A stretch of DNA of 64,000 nucleotides from Balanoglossus misakiensis (taxonomy: Eukaryota; Animalia; Hemichordata), in contig CM082583.2 in assembly GCA_040954595.2 (NCBI GenBank), positions 11,235,656-11,299,655 on the forward strand. The letters run 5' to 3'. Below, piece after piece: positions 1-12,802 of this stretch. Numbering within the stretch: position 1 is the first letter of the stretch; each line of letters begins with the position of its first letter. The notes beneath the pieces are model-generated. The model ran no database searches, was not told the origin of the DNA, and saw only the letters and a list, made by a program, of their open reading frames with translations. Made by a program: the position numbers and the translations under genes.

Positions 1-3000
1 GCGAGTGCTATCATAATTACCAATCTGGGATTACCTGCAGATCTGCCCACATGTGGTAACAGGTACCAGCTATTTTTCAATCTCTACGCCGCATAAGAAA
101 AATGTCATCTATAATATACGCAAATTGTGTCTTAGAGTTTCGGGCGTGTCAGCTAATAGTACATGTATGCAGGGCAGTGGGTCGTAGTTTACACTTCAAC
201 AATGCAATTTTGATTCATTAGAAACGCATCACTCCATTTTCGTGATATCGAACTTGTTCGGTGATTGTCCCGCACCAAAGAACCTGTTCAATTAAGATAG
301 CAATCATGAGTTCAATAGTTGTATCAATTTTTTATGCATCATCTGGCAGCTTCGTTTGATTGTCGAGATGAGACTTTGAGGCGCCATGTGTGGGTTGCAG
401 TTTAATCGACACGCGAGTTAAGAGAAAAACACCTGAAATGTGTGTGTTGAAGACCATGTGTAATACATGTAGCTTTGTGTGGTGTTTTGTTCAGTTTAGG
501 TATCCAGTATAAATAGGCAGGTCATCCTGTGATATTTGCAATAGGTGTATTGATATCTGCAAACTATATTGAACGGCGCTTGCTAAATGTTTAACCAGTG
601 TTACAAACAATAAACCTTTGACATTAGGGTAACTGAATTCTGCCTGTGACCTTACCATAGTCAATACAAATTAACGGTAAAATCTACTAAAACCACATCA
701 AAATACGATTATCCACCAGCTATGAATCTAGTCATACTTGTATTTCCTTTGATATGTGAGAGTGCTTTGAACTATAGGAAACCATGTACCGGTATAATGC
801 TTTAGGGTGCACAGATAGTGTACAGCTTTTAAAAAGTTTTACGTCAAAAATCCATACATTTGTCTTCCACCCCCAGAAGAAAAAGGAAGCTGTTTTTTTA
901 TCAGCTGTCTGTCACTGGTACATTTTCACCTTAAGGTTTCCGTCACAGTTTCCGTGAATGAGAAGTGATATTATGACAAGTCAGTATGTTGTTCCCGGCT
1001 TAATGTTGAGGTAACATGTACTGACAATGACACACATGTGAGACGTTTAGAAGTCAACTGTGTTGGTGAGAAAATTCTATGTTCGCCTCGTGAAATGAAA
1101 TAAAAGATATGGTGTTGACTTTATGATCACAAATCCAACATGCAATATCAGAGGACTGAGGTCATGTTTCCTCATGTATTTTCACATTTCACAATTCTAA
1201 CTGCGTGTTTTATTTTCCATCACACAGAGCCCACATGGCCATTAAGGGAAGTGGTGACAACCCTACGCGTGTGTAAATTTCCTTATCTATGCAACAGTTT
1301 GTTTTGCGCCACAGCAGTAATAAAAAAGAAATCCCAATAAAGCTCAGGTTTATTGGCTTCCGTGTCTCCATTTGCATATTTATTGGAACTAACCTGGATA
1401 TCTTTGTACACTGAAGCTTCACAGGTTATTGCGGTTGGGGCATTATACTGTACAAATTTGTCCTGAATTTTCAAGATTTATCAATGATATCATAAGAGAT
1501 TGGTCAATTTAAATCCGAACATCTGTGAATACCTGTACACTTTATATACAACTAGTTGGTTGATATTTCATTTATGCAAAATTCCCAGCCAGATACAACA
1601 GCAAAATAATTGGGGGAAATACCACGTAGATACCGAGATTTAAAGTCAGCAGTGACAGTGCCGTGTACCTAGGCCAATTTGTGAAAATGGTTTGTGGCGA
1701 GTGGAGAATGAAATTACAGGTAGCATAAGAAGGGGTATTCGCCCCTCAGGGTTGCATACTGTTACCCAGTCATCGGCAAAACTCACGCCTCATTTTCAAC
1801 TGTTCAATACATTGAAGGACAAAACTTTAGAATACATTTCCTTTGGCTAAATGCAAGCGGACTGCACGTCGACTCAATTATCTCTCACATGGAACGACTG
1901 TGATGAGAACGTGCTTGTCAGGACAAATTGTACAATTCTGTAAGTCCTTGGATGGTTATATATAGCCACAGTTCTCGTCAATTTACATGGTTTAGAATTA
2001 GCCTTATTTGTTCATGAGTTGGAAGGGGGATACAATTTTCAATTATTGTACCGGTTCAATCGAATCTTCACTGTGCAGGCAAATGTAAGATGTCCACAAA
2101 CGTAATTGAAAATTGATAGAATAAACAAAGCCTTTGTTTAAAAAAACTGATTGGCAATCTGTTACTCTGTCATTCGTTCCATTAAAAACAATCTAATTGC
2201 CATAGATCTGAGGAAAGCATTTTTCCCAGGGCGGCGGATTTCGAGAAATGAAATATTCGAAGTGCACCAGTTGGAGACAAACACATAAACGCCCAGGGGA
2301 ATAAACTGTAAATTCAACGCATTAGTGCAGCAAATAATTTCTACACTGTCCTGGTTACAATGACAGCATGGCGCACCGGTATATGTATTTATATGACGTC
2401 ATCGTATGGGAGCTAATGGGAAACCATCATTGTGTTTCAATAACGTTATGCTTATGCAAGGCACGCCCTCTCCATTAATGTATAAAAAGGGCGGACAGAT
2501 ACACATGTATATAGCAATTGCATTGGACTCCAATATGCTAAGAGAGATCTAAAACCTGCAATATAGGTCTGTAAATGGGTCGTTTACATTTCTTATATTA
2601 AACATACATGTACTTCCATGAGTTCCAATGATTATAGAGGTTGATAGAAAGTGGATCGATCACCCTTTCGCAGCAAAAGCGCACACGTTGGCATTTTTCG
2701 ATGAAATGCTGCAACCCCCTTGAGTAAAATTGTTTGCTCATGAACAATTCATGCATGATCGAGTTTCAATTGAAGTTGTGGATAGCTATGTACCATTAAT
2801 GTCATTTTCTTGTCAACGTTCCCCTTGGAACTCAACTGAAGAGGCTTGTTACTGCAGAAGGACATTCAAATCGGATCTAATATCCGATATGCATATCGAC
2901 TTCATGTAAATATTTTATGTCAGTGAGAAGCATACAAGTTTTTTTAGTCAATTACAAGTGTTAAAACAGCCACAGTGACACTTTGACCCCTTTGATATGT

Positions 3001-5114
3001 CTGGCGACCTTTATCTACATCAATTTAGCAATTTCCAGTAAAATCGCAAACAAGCACAGGGTCCCTAATTTAGGACTTGAGTGGAATTGGTCAAAGTTAT
3101 GGTATAACAGAATAACAGTTAACTATACAGAAGGATAACTGACACACAAAAGTTATGTATGACTTACTTAGAAATGATGAAAACTTGTAAATGAAATAAA
3201 AGCATGTACTGTGGCTTTCTGTTTGTATATTATGAATAATATGAGGAATGTGACCTTTTCTGGAATATAATCAAACTGTGCAAACATATATGAAATGTAT
3301 ACAACAATGATCTATGAACTGATAATAGATCATAGTAATTGTAAAACAACCTTTGTTCAGAAGTGACAGTGATAGAAAATAAAATTAGGCCGTACATCCC
3401 AAAATGACAGGGCAAGAAATTAATTTAAATTTACCAACAGTATGAAACGTGTGTCATGGTTGAATGGGTCGTCGGTAGGGGGAGTAGAGTTTTTGCACCT
3501 TCATTTGTATTCAGGCGGTGGGAATTTCCACGCTTGAATGACCGTTTCAAATCCTGTGCCAATGTTAAGAAGTGGTCGTTTACATCCAAAAGCAGTGGCC
3601 CAAGAGCAAGTGATAAGCTGAACTCTATAGAGATTGGAAAAAGATAATATGGAACCATGAGACTAGGCTAGATCCAACTACATTTGTTTGAATATCATTA
3701 CAAAGTTTTACGGTTGCATCGCTTGATTTCAAGCAGTGCCAGGCGGCAATAACAAACAACAATGTCGTTGAGAGTGAGGCTACTTTTGGTATGGACAACA
3801 CGCACAGGGAATTGATTTATCGGTTGGAGATTCTTGTCATCAAGGGTCAAACCCCTTCGGTGACTTTGCTTAAACTTATCTAGATGCAGCGAACCTGAAA
3901 TTCATCGCACGGACAACTTTGATGGGATTCTTATATGACTTGGCCTCAGGCTCGATGTCAATGGTGCACCATCTGCATCTTTATGGAATAAACGGTTATG
4001 TTCCCCAGTGGTCTTACATCGAATTCAATACACACTGGATTTGAATAAGATCTGCATACAAGGGGAAAACTTGGTAGGATAAATGTGAGGAGTGTCACAA
4101 GTTGAGAAATTGTAGATCTGTTGATCACTTTTAAATGACAGAGAATCCCCAAGACAATACCCAAAAACCAATTTTCTTGGCAATGTTGTTTGTTCAATGA
4201 AGTCAATTAGATGATTGCCACAGGTCACACCTATGAAGGTCAATGACACTATGAAAAGTGCATGGCGATGCCCACTGTGTGTGTTATTTTTTGTTTTTCG
4301 CAATGGGTGTATTTTATATGCGCCTTCGACAATACAAGACTTGCCCGTGACCAAGCAACAGAGATAAAATTCCCCCCCCCCCAAAGACGTGAACTTAATG
4401 ATCATGGTGTATAAGTATCTGGCAGTTGTCTGTTGCGATTTAATGGATGCATATAGACAGAAATTACACTAGCGGCCTTGAAACACACATTTAATATTAC
4501 TAGGTAACCTGGAGGTGATAGTATTATTCTGAAGACAGTTGTGTGCCCTCTGTGGCTGAAATTTCAAAAACAAAACAACACTGGGTGTGGACAATTGGGG
4601 GCGCTCATCAACTATAAGCAGTTTTATGCAGTGTCATTCTCAACATAAAAAAAATACAGAGACTGAGTGACAGACATACAATGACAGTCCTGCGGTGAAG
4701 TCCTTGACTATCCAGCTTTAGAAAACATTTAAATATGATGCATGGGTGTGATAAAAAAAAATCATGCTGACTTTCAAGGCTGTTGCAGTTACTGACCCAT
4801 TGTGATACATCAAATATTTATATTTTACATTGAATTATGAAAAAAGTGTATTTCTGTATTTTAAAACAACTTGTAACATTAATGAAGTTTATATAAATTT
4901 AACACATTACAGTGCATGTTCAAAAATGCACATATCATTCTAAGTTTTATAAACTCAGGTTTCTATATATTGTGAACATCAAGTACAATTAAAGATGACT
5001 AAGTTATTTTAAAGAAACAGACAAAGAGTAACTCTTAATTACTGCATATTGCAATTAATTCCTGCTCTGTATTCAGTTAATATCACATGCACAATCCAAG
5101 ATCTGACTGTGCTT

Positions 5115-5210
5115 CTAGAAAAAGTGACCCTCCCCCAAGTAGGTTTGTAAAAAGTGACCCTCCCCTGATTCCCCTGGCCCACCCCCTCGTAATTACTGAA
5201 GGCTCCCTTA
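5115..5210 (-). mobile_element. Probable solitary terminus of a non-autonomous DNA transposon (PIF/Harbinger-like)
   Basis: The minus strand reads TAA-GGGAGCCTTCAGTAATTACG...GGGGAGGGTCACTTTTT, with the 17-bp subterminal unit repeated twice (5119, 5149). No partner end found. Confidence 0.45.
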
Positions 5211-6406
5211 CTGTTGAAAACAACTTCCCTATCCGATCGTGTGATAAATTCGTACCCACATATAAGTAATCATGATACAATTTACCGAACTCAATGCTTT
5301 CTGAGTAAAAACAACACTCTAAAATCAGACTGTCGACACAGAGATCTGATCGGACGACACGTTGAACGCCAAAATGAACACTATAGCTCTCAAATCACAG
5401 CAAAAGAAGGCGACACAAAAGCCCGAGTAAGCGTGTTGCGCTGACCTGCGTTAACAGATCCCGTGAGGAGTACGGTGCCCAGAGTGCAACACACCCCTGA
5501 ACTCCTGTGGCCTCTTTTGCACACAATAATACAACGGTTCTCAACAGACAACAATCCTCGACTTAAACTTCACCACTGCGTCGGTCAAGACCCTGGCGAA
5601 TATTCGAAAGAGGCTCCTAAAACCAAAGATGCTCTAGCAATCATGCAGATGCCACCAATTGTGACGGAAACCCGAACGGTCCACATCTGCATCTGAAACC
5701 CCACGCCAGCCTCTCACATCACAAAGAGCACTGTCTCTCAATAGGGTGGTCGCGTCGGAACTCGCCAGAAAGCACGCATCTTGACGAAGATATTGGCCCA
5801 TATCGAACTGCTAAGATAACAGCCTGTCCCGGGTCACATATCTCGACCCGGGGCTGGCTATCTGGTACGGATAAAATAGGAATAATCAGGAAAAATTGCA
5901 CAGAGCCGAAACTTGCGGTTCCTTCTTCAACAGACCGACGCTAATTTACTTCAAACAGGGTAAACAGGCTAATCACGTGCCCGAGAACTCACTTCAGATT
6001 GGTGTATCACTCGCCAAGGGCGAGATGGGGAAACCCCTCCATCAGCCCAGCAACGGTCATCATGGGCATGGCAACACCACGTACCACCACGCAAGTGAAG
6101 CCATACAAATACACCAAGCCAAATAATAAATCACACAGAATGGCAATTACATAACAATATAGTTACTGCATACTTTGAATGGCAACGTGACAAAACTAAC
6201 CACTTTTCAATAAATACATATGATGAAATATTGTGCAGTTAACTCTATTTAAAAGTTGATAAACGTATTAAATGATTAAATTGACACACGCATGTTAAAA
6301 CTTACATTTGTCAGACTCGTCAACCAGCAGCCATTCTTAAACTCAAACCAGTTCGATAGATCAAGTCAGCAATACACTTGCGGTTGGGTCAACAGATCCC
6401 CGGCAG

Positions 6407-7339
6407 TTAAGTCGAAGAAGACGCAAGACCCAGCATGATTCGGATACCCTTACGAATTTGTTGACTTGTGAAGGCGTAGATGACGGGATTGATGCAGGAG
6501 TTGGAGACAGCCAACAAGACAGTAGCTTCGTAATACCAAGATTGAAAGTCGACGGGTAAGCCGTTGTTGGCAAAGACAAACAGCCACTGGTTTGGCGTCC
6601 AGCAGATGAAGAACGCAGAGGTAACGATGCAGAGCATCTGAATGAGTTTGCGACGAGGATTGCCAACGTTTTGCTCGGCGGGGACGACTTCTACTCTCAC
6701 CTGCTTAAACATCGACACGTAAGCATACACCATGAACAACATTGGCAGCAAATAGGTCAGGAGAAATATTGCGTTGCCAGTAACTTTCATGTACGTGTAA
6801 CTTGGCCACACCATATAGCACCAATCTCCCACCACGGTGTATACAACTGGAGCGAATATGTTAGCGATGACGGCCAGTACCCAGGCCAACATGATGGCGA
6901 CTAGAGCAACGCGTTTTGTGAACTTGGCTTGGTACAGGAACGGATACACGATAGCGCAGTACCTGTCGACTGTGATACCAACCAGCAGGAAAACTGAAGC
7001 AATCACTGTTATCCAGAAAAAGACGTCAGAAAGGACAAACTTGCAATAGAGGGAGCGAACAACCCCAGGTGGGATAGGATACCTTGTGACAACTATCTTG
7101 ACGATGGTGCACAAAGATGCCAACAAGTCGGCAAAGGCTAAGGTGGCGATAAAGCAGTTCGGCGTTGTACGCAGGAACTTGACCAGCGGTATGACGGCAC
7201 AGATGATGGAGTTGCCAATGAGACCCACTATGCCGACTATTATCTGAGTTACGTCGGTGAATGTCAGGAAATTCGGACTGTGGCGGAAATGTACCATGAT
7301 CTGCGTGGAATTTGTAGAATTTCCAAAGTCTGACTCCAT
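6407..7339 (-). CDS. Intronless class A (rhodopsin-like) GPCR, galanin/allatostatin-A/somatostatin receptor-like orphan, 310 aa
   Basis: Seven hydrophobic segments, with GNxxI in TM1, LAFAD in TM2, DRY after TM3, CWTP in TM6 and NPVIY in TM7. N-terminal N-glycosylation sites (NST NST). The ligand cannot be assigned from sequence. Confidence 0.93.
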   Translation of the reverse strand: MESDFGNSTNSTQIMVHFRHSPNFLTFTDVTQIIVGIVGLIGNSIICAVIPLVKFLRTTPNCFIATLAFADLLASLCTIVKIVVTRYPIPPGVVRSLYCKFVLSDVFFWITVIASVFLLVGITVDRYCAIVYPFLYQAKFTKRVALVAIMLAWVLAVIANIFAPVVYTVVGDWCYMVWPSYTYMKVTGNAIFLLTYLLPMLFMVYAYVSMFKQVRVEVVPAEQNVGNPRRKLIQMLCIVTSAFFICWTPNQWLFVFANNGLPVDFQSWYYEATVLLAVSNSCINPVIYAFTSQQIRKGIRIMLGLASSST

Positions 7340-7633
7340 TCTTCAGAAATCTCTAAAAACACAGGTATAGTTATCTTCCAGGAGTCGTCTCACACCTTCT
7401 AAGTGTTTCTCATAAATGCTCATGCATTCTTTAAGCTGAGAGGAGTGGTTCACTGATTTACCTGCAAGGTTCGATATAAAACACCAAGGCTATACACGTC
7501 ATGTGACACCATACATTCAGCATAGCCATTCCGAGTAGAGTCTGTATTTCAATAGCAATCTGACTCATATCAAATGTACTCTCATGGTTTATGTCCGACA
7601 GCAATGATTTCATCTCAGTAAAATAATGCTACA

Positions 7634-7647
7634 GTTGCCTAGACAAC
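7634..7647. promoter_or_regulatory. RFX X-box-like motif upstream of the GPCR
   Basis: GTTGCCTAGACAAC is a close match to the 14-bp X-box, about 300 bp 5' of the GPCR ATG. Confidence 0.45.
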
Positions 7648-8821
7648 GGCATATGTATAACGTCAGTTTTTTCACTTGTAGATGCTTGATTTAATGTACA
7701 ACGTTGAATTGTTCTTAGGCTTTTTTAGCTCCTGGCAAATGTAACTATACACCTACATAGTATCATTTAAGCTTAAGTTAAAACACAAGAGATACCGAAA
7801 CAAAACAGAGGAAAATATTAAGAAGATTTAACGAAGTCAAAAACCAAAGTTTGGGGTTCACGCGAGCTTTGCATGATGTGAAGTAAAGGTCCATGTTTCG
7901 GCTTCCCTTGTGTAGCCCAAAGGGTAGAGACGAAAACGGGTCATTCTCTTTATCATTTATTGCGCAGTGCAAAGTTTACTTCATTTGGGAAGACCATATA
8001 AGGAAACAACCATCAAAACTGTTATAGGCGATCCAGAGGAGAAACCTACCGTTAACTTTGCAGCAAAGCAAGTGCAGTTCGTATGTACATTTATCACCGA
8101 ATAGGTTAAATAACTGGGTTCCTGGCCTAAATATACATAAAACAGGGCGAATGGTTGCGACAGCCAAGTCGCAATTATGATCATGGCCAACACCGGTGAC
8201 CGTGGCCCAAACATTAAAAGCATGATCTGGGTTTAGATGACTCTAAATGGTTATGTGAATTGTTTCATGAGCTTTCCAGAGTACATGGGAATTTTCGATT
8301 GTACAATATTAAATTCTAACCACCTTTTCGGTGAGGTTTGAGCAGGAGTTGCCAAACAAAATGTCTGCAACATACTGTGGTCACACTCAGTCAAACCTGA
8401 CCAACTAAATGCAGGAACATATCTTTCATGCATTAGAGCGTCACCTCGGCATTACAAAGTACAGGGCAGAAGTAAATTTTGTACAAGTAATTGACACATA
8501 TTCCATGACCAGCATCTTACCCGTACAATAAAATCACCTACATCAAACAGATGAAGGCGGACCCGTCAAGACGGACCATTTCTGCATAGTATTACTCAGA
8601 ACCGACTAGTAGCCTTGCATGTGATCAGGCTGGCCTTTGCAGAATCACCAGGCTACCAGCAACGTTTCTGTCGACCTCTCCCCTACATTCATTCCATCCG
8701 GAGTAAGTGATGATTGGCGCATAATTATATTCACATATATGCTGGTCTTTATTCCTAATCTGGAATTTAAAGCGCTGTACCCGACAGGGAAGCCTAGTCT
8801 TGACCCGGCTGCCGTCCAGAC

Positions 8822-11800
8822 ATGTGCATGCGACCTCCCGGCCGTGGCCGCACCTCAGCTGGTGCTGGCAAAGCTGGTGTACTCTGTTCGTTTCTGTCGT
8901 GGCTATCAGTTGCCGTGATACTGTATTTGGTCGGGATATACTCCAAAGACAGCGCGACAGCGGTTAGGGAAGAACGGTCCGTCACACTTTCCAACTATAC
9001 AGGTAGGCTGGAGTATCTCTAACAATCACAATGTCATCTCTCTTGCAATCGGCTGTATTGATATGTCCCGTGTTCATTATGAATTCGCCACAAAGGAATG
9101 TACCACCAAATCCAATCTGATTAAAATCATCTGATTTTAATCAGATTGCACCAAATCTCTCCATGACACTCCTATACATAACTAAGTTAACAAAGAATAT
9201 GGTCTCTCTTTGCTCCAGGCTTTTTCCATGTGAACCTATACCGAATTTATTTTATCACTGTTTCGTTAATTTTGGGCATGTTTACTGTAAATTTTCTCCG
9301 TATTTTGCTCGGGATGACTTTAGATAGTGTGATTGTGAGAGCAATATTGCCTCAAATTTGATATTCATGCAGCCGCCACTCCCTAAGCATTCAATATACA
9401 GAGAATTTGAAAAATAAGATTGTTTTTCTCATTTTCCTTAAAACTTAAAGAAATGGTACAAACCGGAAATGCAATTTTTGCGACCAGTAAAAGTCACCTT
9501 TATGACGGTCGTGTGCGAACAAAACAACAAAATCCTGAAGCATTTTTGCCGCAAATGAAATGTAAACAGTTTTTTCTATAAATAATTTGTGAATCGCTAG
9601 TCACACATGAGTTCACCAGAACTACCTGTAGCTATTTTCAGAGTAATTGAAATTATTAAGTGAATTTTGTGTTTCATTGTGATATTTAAGCGGTGGCATA
9701 TTATTAGGCCATCTGATATGGTCGACCTTGTATTTAGCATCACAAGTAATCTCTATGTCTTTTTTACTTTAGCGTTAATTCATATTACAAACAAACAAAC
9801 TTCATTTCTTTGCCATTTTATCCACTTGTTTACATCAGCAGATGACTTCTTGCATATTACCAATTTTTCGGCGGCAAAACCAGTCGAAGAGGAGTGTGAG
9901 GGGGCGATATCACATTTCCCACCAGGATTATTTAGCGCAGAACAGCTCAAACAAGGCGCCTTCATTGTGCCTCTGTTCGTTGCTGCATACATGATAGTGG
10001 CACTGACCATTATCTGTGACGAATACTTCGTTCCCAGCATGGCTTGTATATGTGAAAGTAGGTGGAAACCAAAGTATAGATGTGAACTGGATGTGTTTTT
10101 ATTATTTTGAAAGCGAGATAATGTTATGTCAATATAAATTCTTGTATATAGTTCAGCAGCTGCAATCAAAGTTGGTAGCAGTCCAAATTTCTAAGGATTC
10201 CTGTTGGTTGATATTCACATGTTCACTTAATCAGTGTATTTATCAGGGAAGTAGTAAAGCCAATAAAAGTGTGACATTTTCAATAAAAAGGTACTAGTAT
10301 CACCAACTGTCACTACCGTACAGCAGAAGTTGGCTGACCTCACCAAATGTAATTACTTCTGTTTAGGTTTAGGTTTAGCACCGGACGTGGCAGGAGCTAC
10401 ATTTATGGCCATTGGAAGTTCGGCTCCAGAATTCTTTACTGCTATCATAGGTAAATATGTCTTCAGGTATTTTTTGTCATAGAAAACGTATAATCTGCGG
10501 AAAGGACCTTTAAACTGTGTCAATACTGGTTAAACTTACGTTCGGAATAAATTCCCGTTTCAGGTATTGTTATGACAGAAAGTGATATTAGCCTTGGGAC
10601 TATTCTGGGATCGATTGCGTTTAATATTTTGTTCATTCTTGGCATTCTTGGGATAGTTTTTGGTGTGGTAAGTAATCTAATTATGATTTGTTTAAGTTTA
10701 GACTCCTAGTCGTATTTCACATCACTACAACTACTTCGGGGGACTCTGTTTAACTGGATTTGTTTTCAGAGAGTTATTGTGAGTGGTGTTTGAGATTTCG
10801 ATTTAATAGTAAAACCATTCAAGAAATTGATTTTTGAATTCATTTTCCGTTGACAGTCATCCAAGGTGTACTGGTGGCCGTTGCTTCGAGATTTAGTTTG
10901 TTACGTTATCAGTGTCATAGCATTGACGCTCGTTATAATGGATGGAAAAGTTTACTGGTGAGAAAGTCTTACATTACATATTCGTTAGTACAAAGAAATT
11001 TGCCCAGCGTTACATTTGCATATTCCGAGTCGCATATCCGGAATCTGATTAGAATAATAATGGCCGACAGGCAGGTGTAGATACAGGCTGACAGATGGAC
11101 AGACAGATACATGGACAAAGGGATAGGCGGACAAACATACAACAAATTTAGATAATTTAGGAAAGACAGGCAGCGTTTGCGCCCTTACAAATTGAATGTA
11201 TTTTGAGTTGTGCGCATTTGAAATGCTGGTTTGTCGGAATTAATAGGAAATTTTGTTATAACCACTTTCTCAGGTATGAGTCATTGATTCTAATATCAAT
11301 GTATGCACTGTACGTTCTCGTGATGTATTTCAACGAGAAACTGCGAGAATCTGCTGAAAGTGCTGTGAATGGGTTTTGGAAGAACAGAGAGGCGGAGAAT
11401 GGCGACGAGTTGCGTTCCTTGAACAACAAAGAAAATCACAATGAAATCAAAGGCGTCGTGAAGATTGACAATACACAGTACACAGAGAACGGTGCCAATG
11501 GCTTGGTTATTCTAGAACTAGGTAACATCATTCTGTACGATATCTGCTATACTTCTATCAAAAAGTTAACAACCTTAAATTTTAGCTGTTATCTTTTATT
11601 TTGACAATTGTCAAATATCAATCTCATGATCTTGTTTAGCACACTCTTAATTTGACACGTGCAAGATGTCTATCTCCAGATTCTTTAACAAATGTAAATC
11701 AAGAACAAGAACAACTGCCGAAAGACGACTCCGAAAATTGTTGTGAGCTTCGCCTCCCAGAAGGAATTATGGCACGAATTGGGTGGCTTCTTACATTACC

Positions 11801-12802
11801 GATCACGATAGTATTTTTACTGACCATTCCGGACTGCAAGAAGAAGAAGTGCCGAAAGTTTTACATGGTTACTATGGTGATTGCGGCGATTTGGTTGGGT
11901 GCATTGTCTTATGTACTGATCTGGATGATGACGGAAATGGGTAAGTTTTTATCATAGATGTGAAATGCCAAGGTTTGTGATCTATGATGGTTCTTTCGCT
12001 GACCTCTGCGACAAGCAGTCTATACGCCTATTTGAGAGCCTCCAAATTGACGAAATGTAATGGAATACCGACATTTGCCTCCCAAAAATATGAAATCCGA
12101 TTGAATAGTCCAAGGCCATGGGGCTTTTACGCTAGTTTTCAAACACGGCTAGCTGTTACTAATCTGTCTCAATTTCTTTTATATTCCTCAGGATTTACTT
12201 TTGGAATACCCGATTCCGTGATGGCACTCATCTTTCTTGGCGCTGGAAGCAGCGTTCCTGATCTGGTGGCTAGTTATCTTGTTGCAAAAGAAGGTAAATG
12301 TTGTTCGTCCGATTTCAATTAGTGGCTGTGGATGTGATACTACGTGTATGGTCAACAAAATGCCTTTCTTAATGTTGGGAGAGTTAGGTTTTTGTGCAAC
12401 ATTAGATTTCTGAGCCGGAGTGACTGACACAGGACTGGTGTTGCTGCAAGTATAAAATGACCCAAGCTAACTCGTTTCTGTTTTTCAGGGCATTGGAACA
12501 TGGCGATAGCGAACTGCCTGGGTAGTAACATATTTGAGGTCCTTCTATGCCTGTCGTTGCCGTGGCTCTTCGCCGCTCTCACTGTGTCCGAGCTGTGCGT
12601 GGACTTTCTGGCGACCGGAATGTCCTTCGTGGCCGTCATGCTCATCCTGGTGGTCATTATCTCCGTGGTGGCCATCATCTGCAACGGTTGGATACTCGAC
12701 CGTAAGCTCGGCGTCTTCAACCTCCTCATGTACATTGTGTTCATGGTGGGAACGCTGCTGTTTGGCACGTTCGTGTCGCCGAACATCTTTCCTGGCTGTT
12801 GA
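8822..12802 (+). CDS. K+-dependent Na+/Ca2+ exchanger (SLC24/NCKX family), about 9 coding exons
   Basis: Exons at about 8822-9002, 9839/9842-10057, 10367-10450, 10564-10667, 10857-10957, 11274-~11521, 11680-11940, 12192-12293 and 12489-12802, with GT-AG boundaries. Alpha-1 repeat (CDEYFVPS...[17 protein letters not shown]), PLLRD, TIPDC and alpha-2 repeat ([20 protein letters not shown]...GSNIF). Confidence 0.93.
9113..9148. repeat. Perfect 17-bp inverted repeat with a 2-nt spacer, in NCKX intron 1
   Basis: CAATCTGATTAAAATCA-TC-TGATTTTAATCAGATTG. Confidence 0.9.

Noticed and set aside
1-5100. Short ORFs and possible miRNA, tRNA or snRNA genes in the first 5 kb
   Set aside because: No recognisable protein motif, consistent exon chain or known RNA sequence found by eye. 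An Infernal/Rfam scan would be needed to exclude them.
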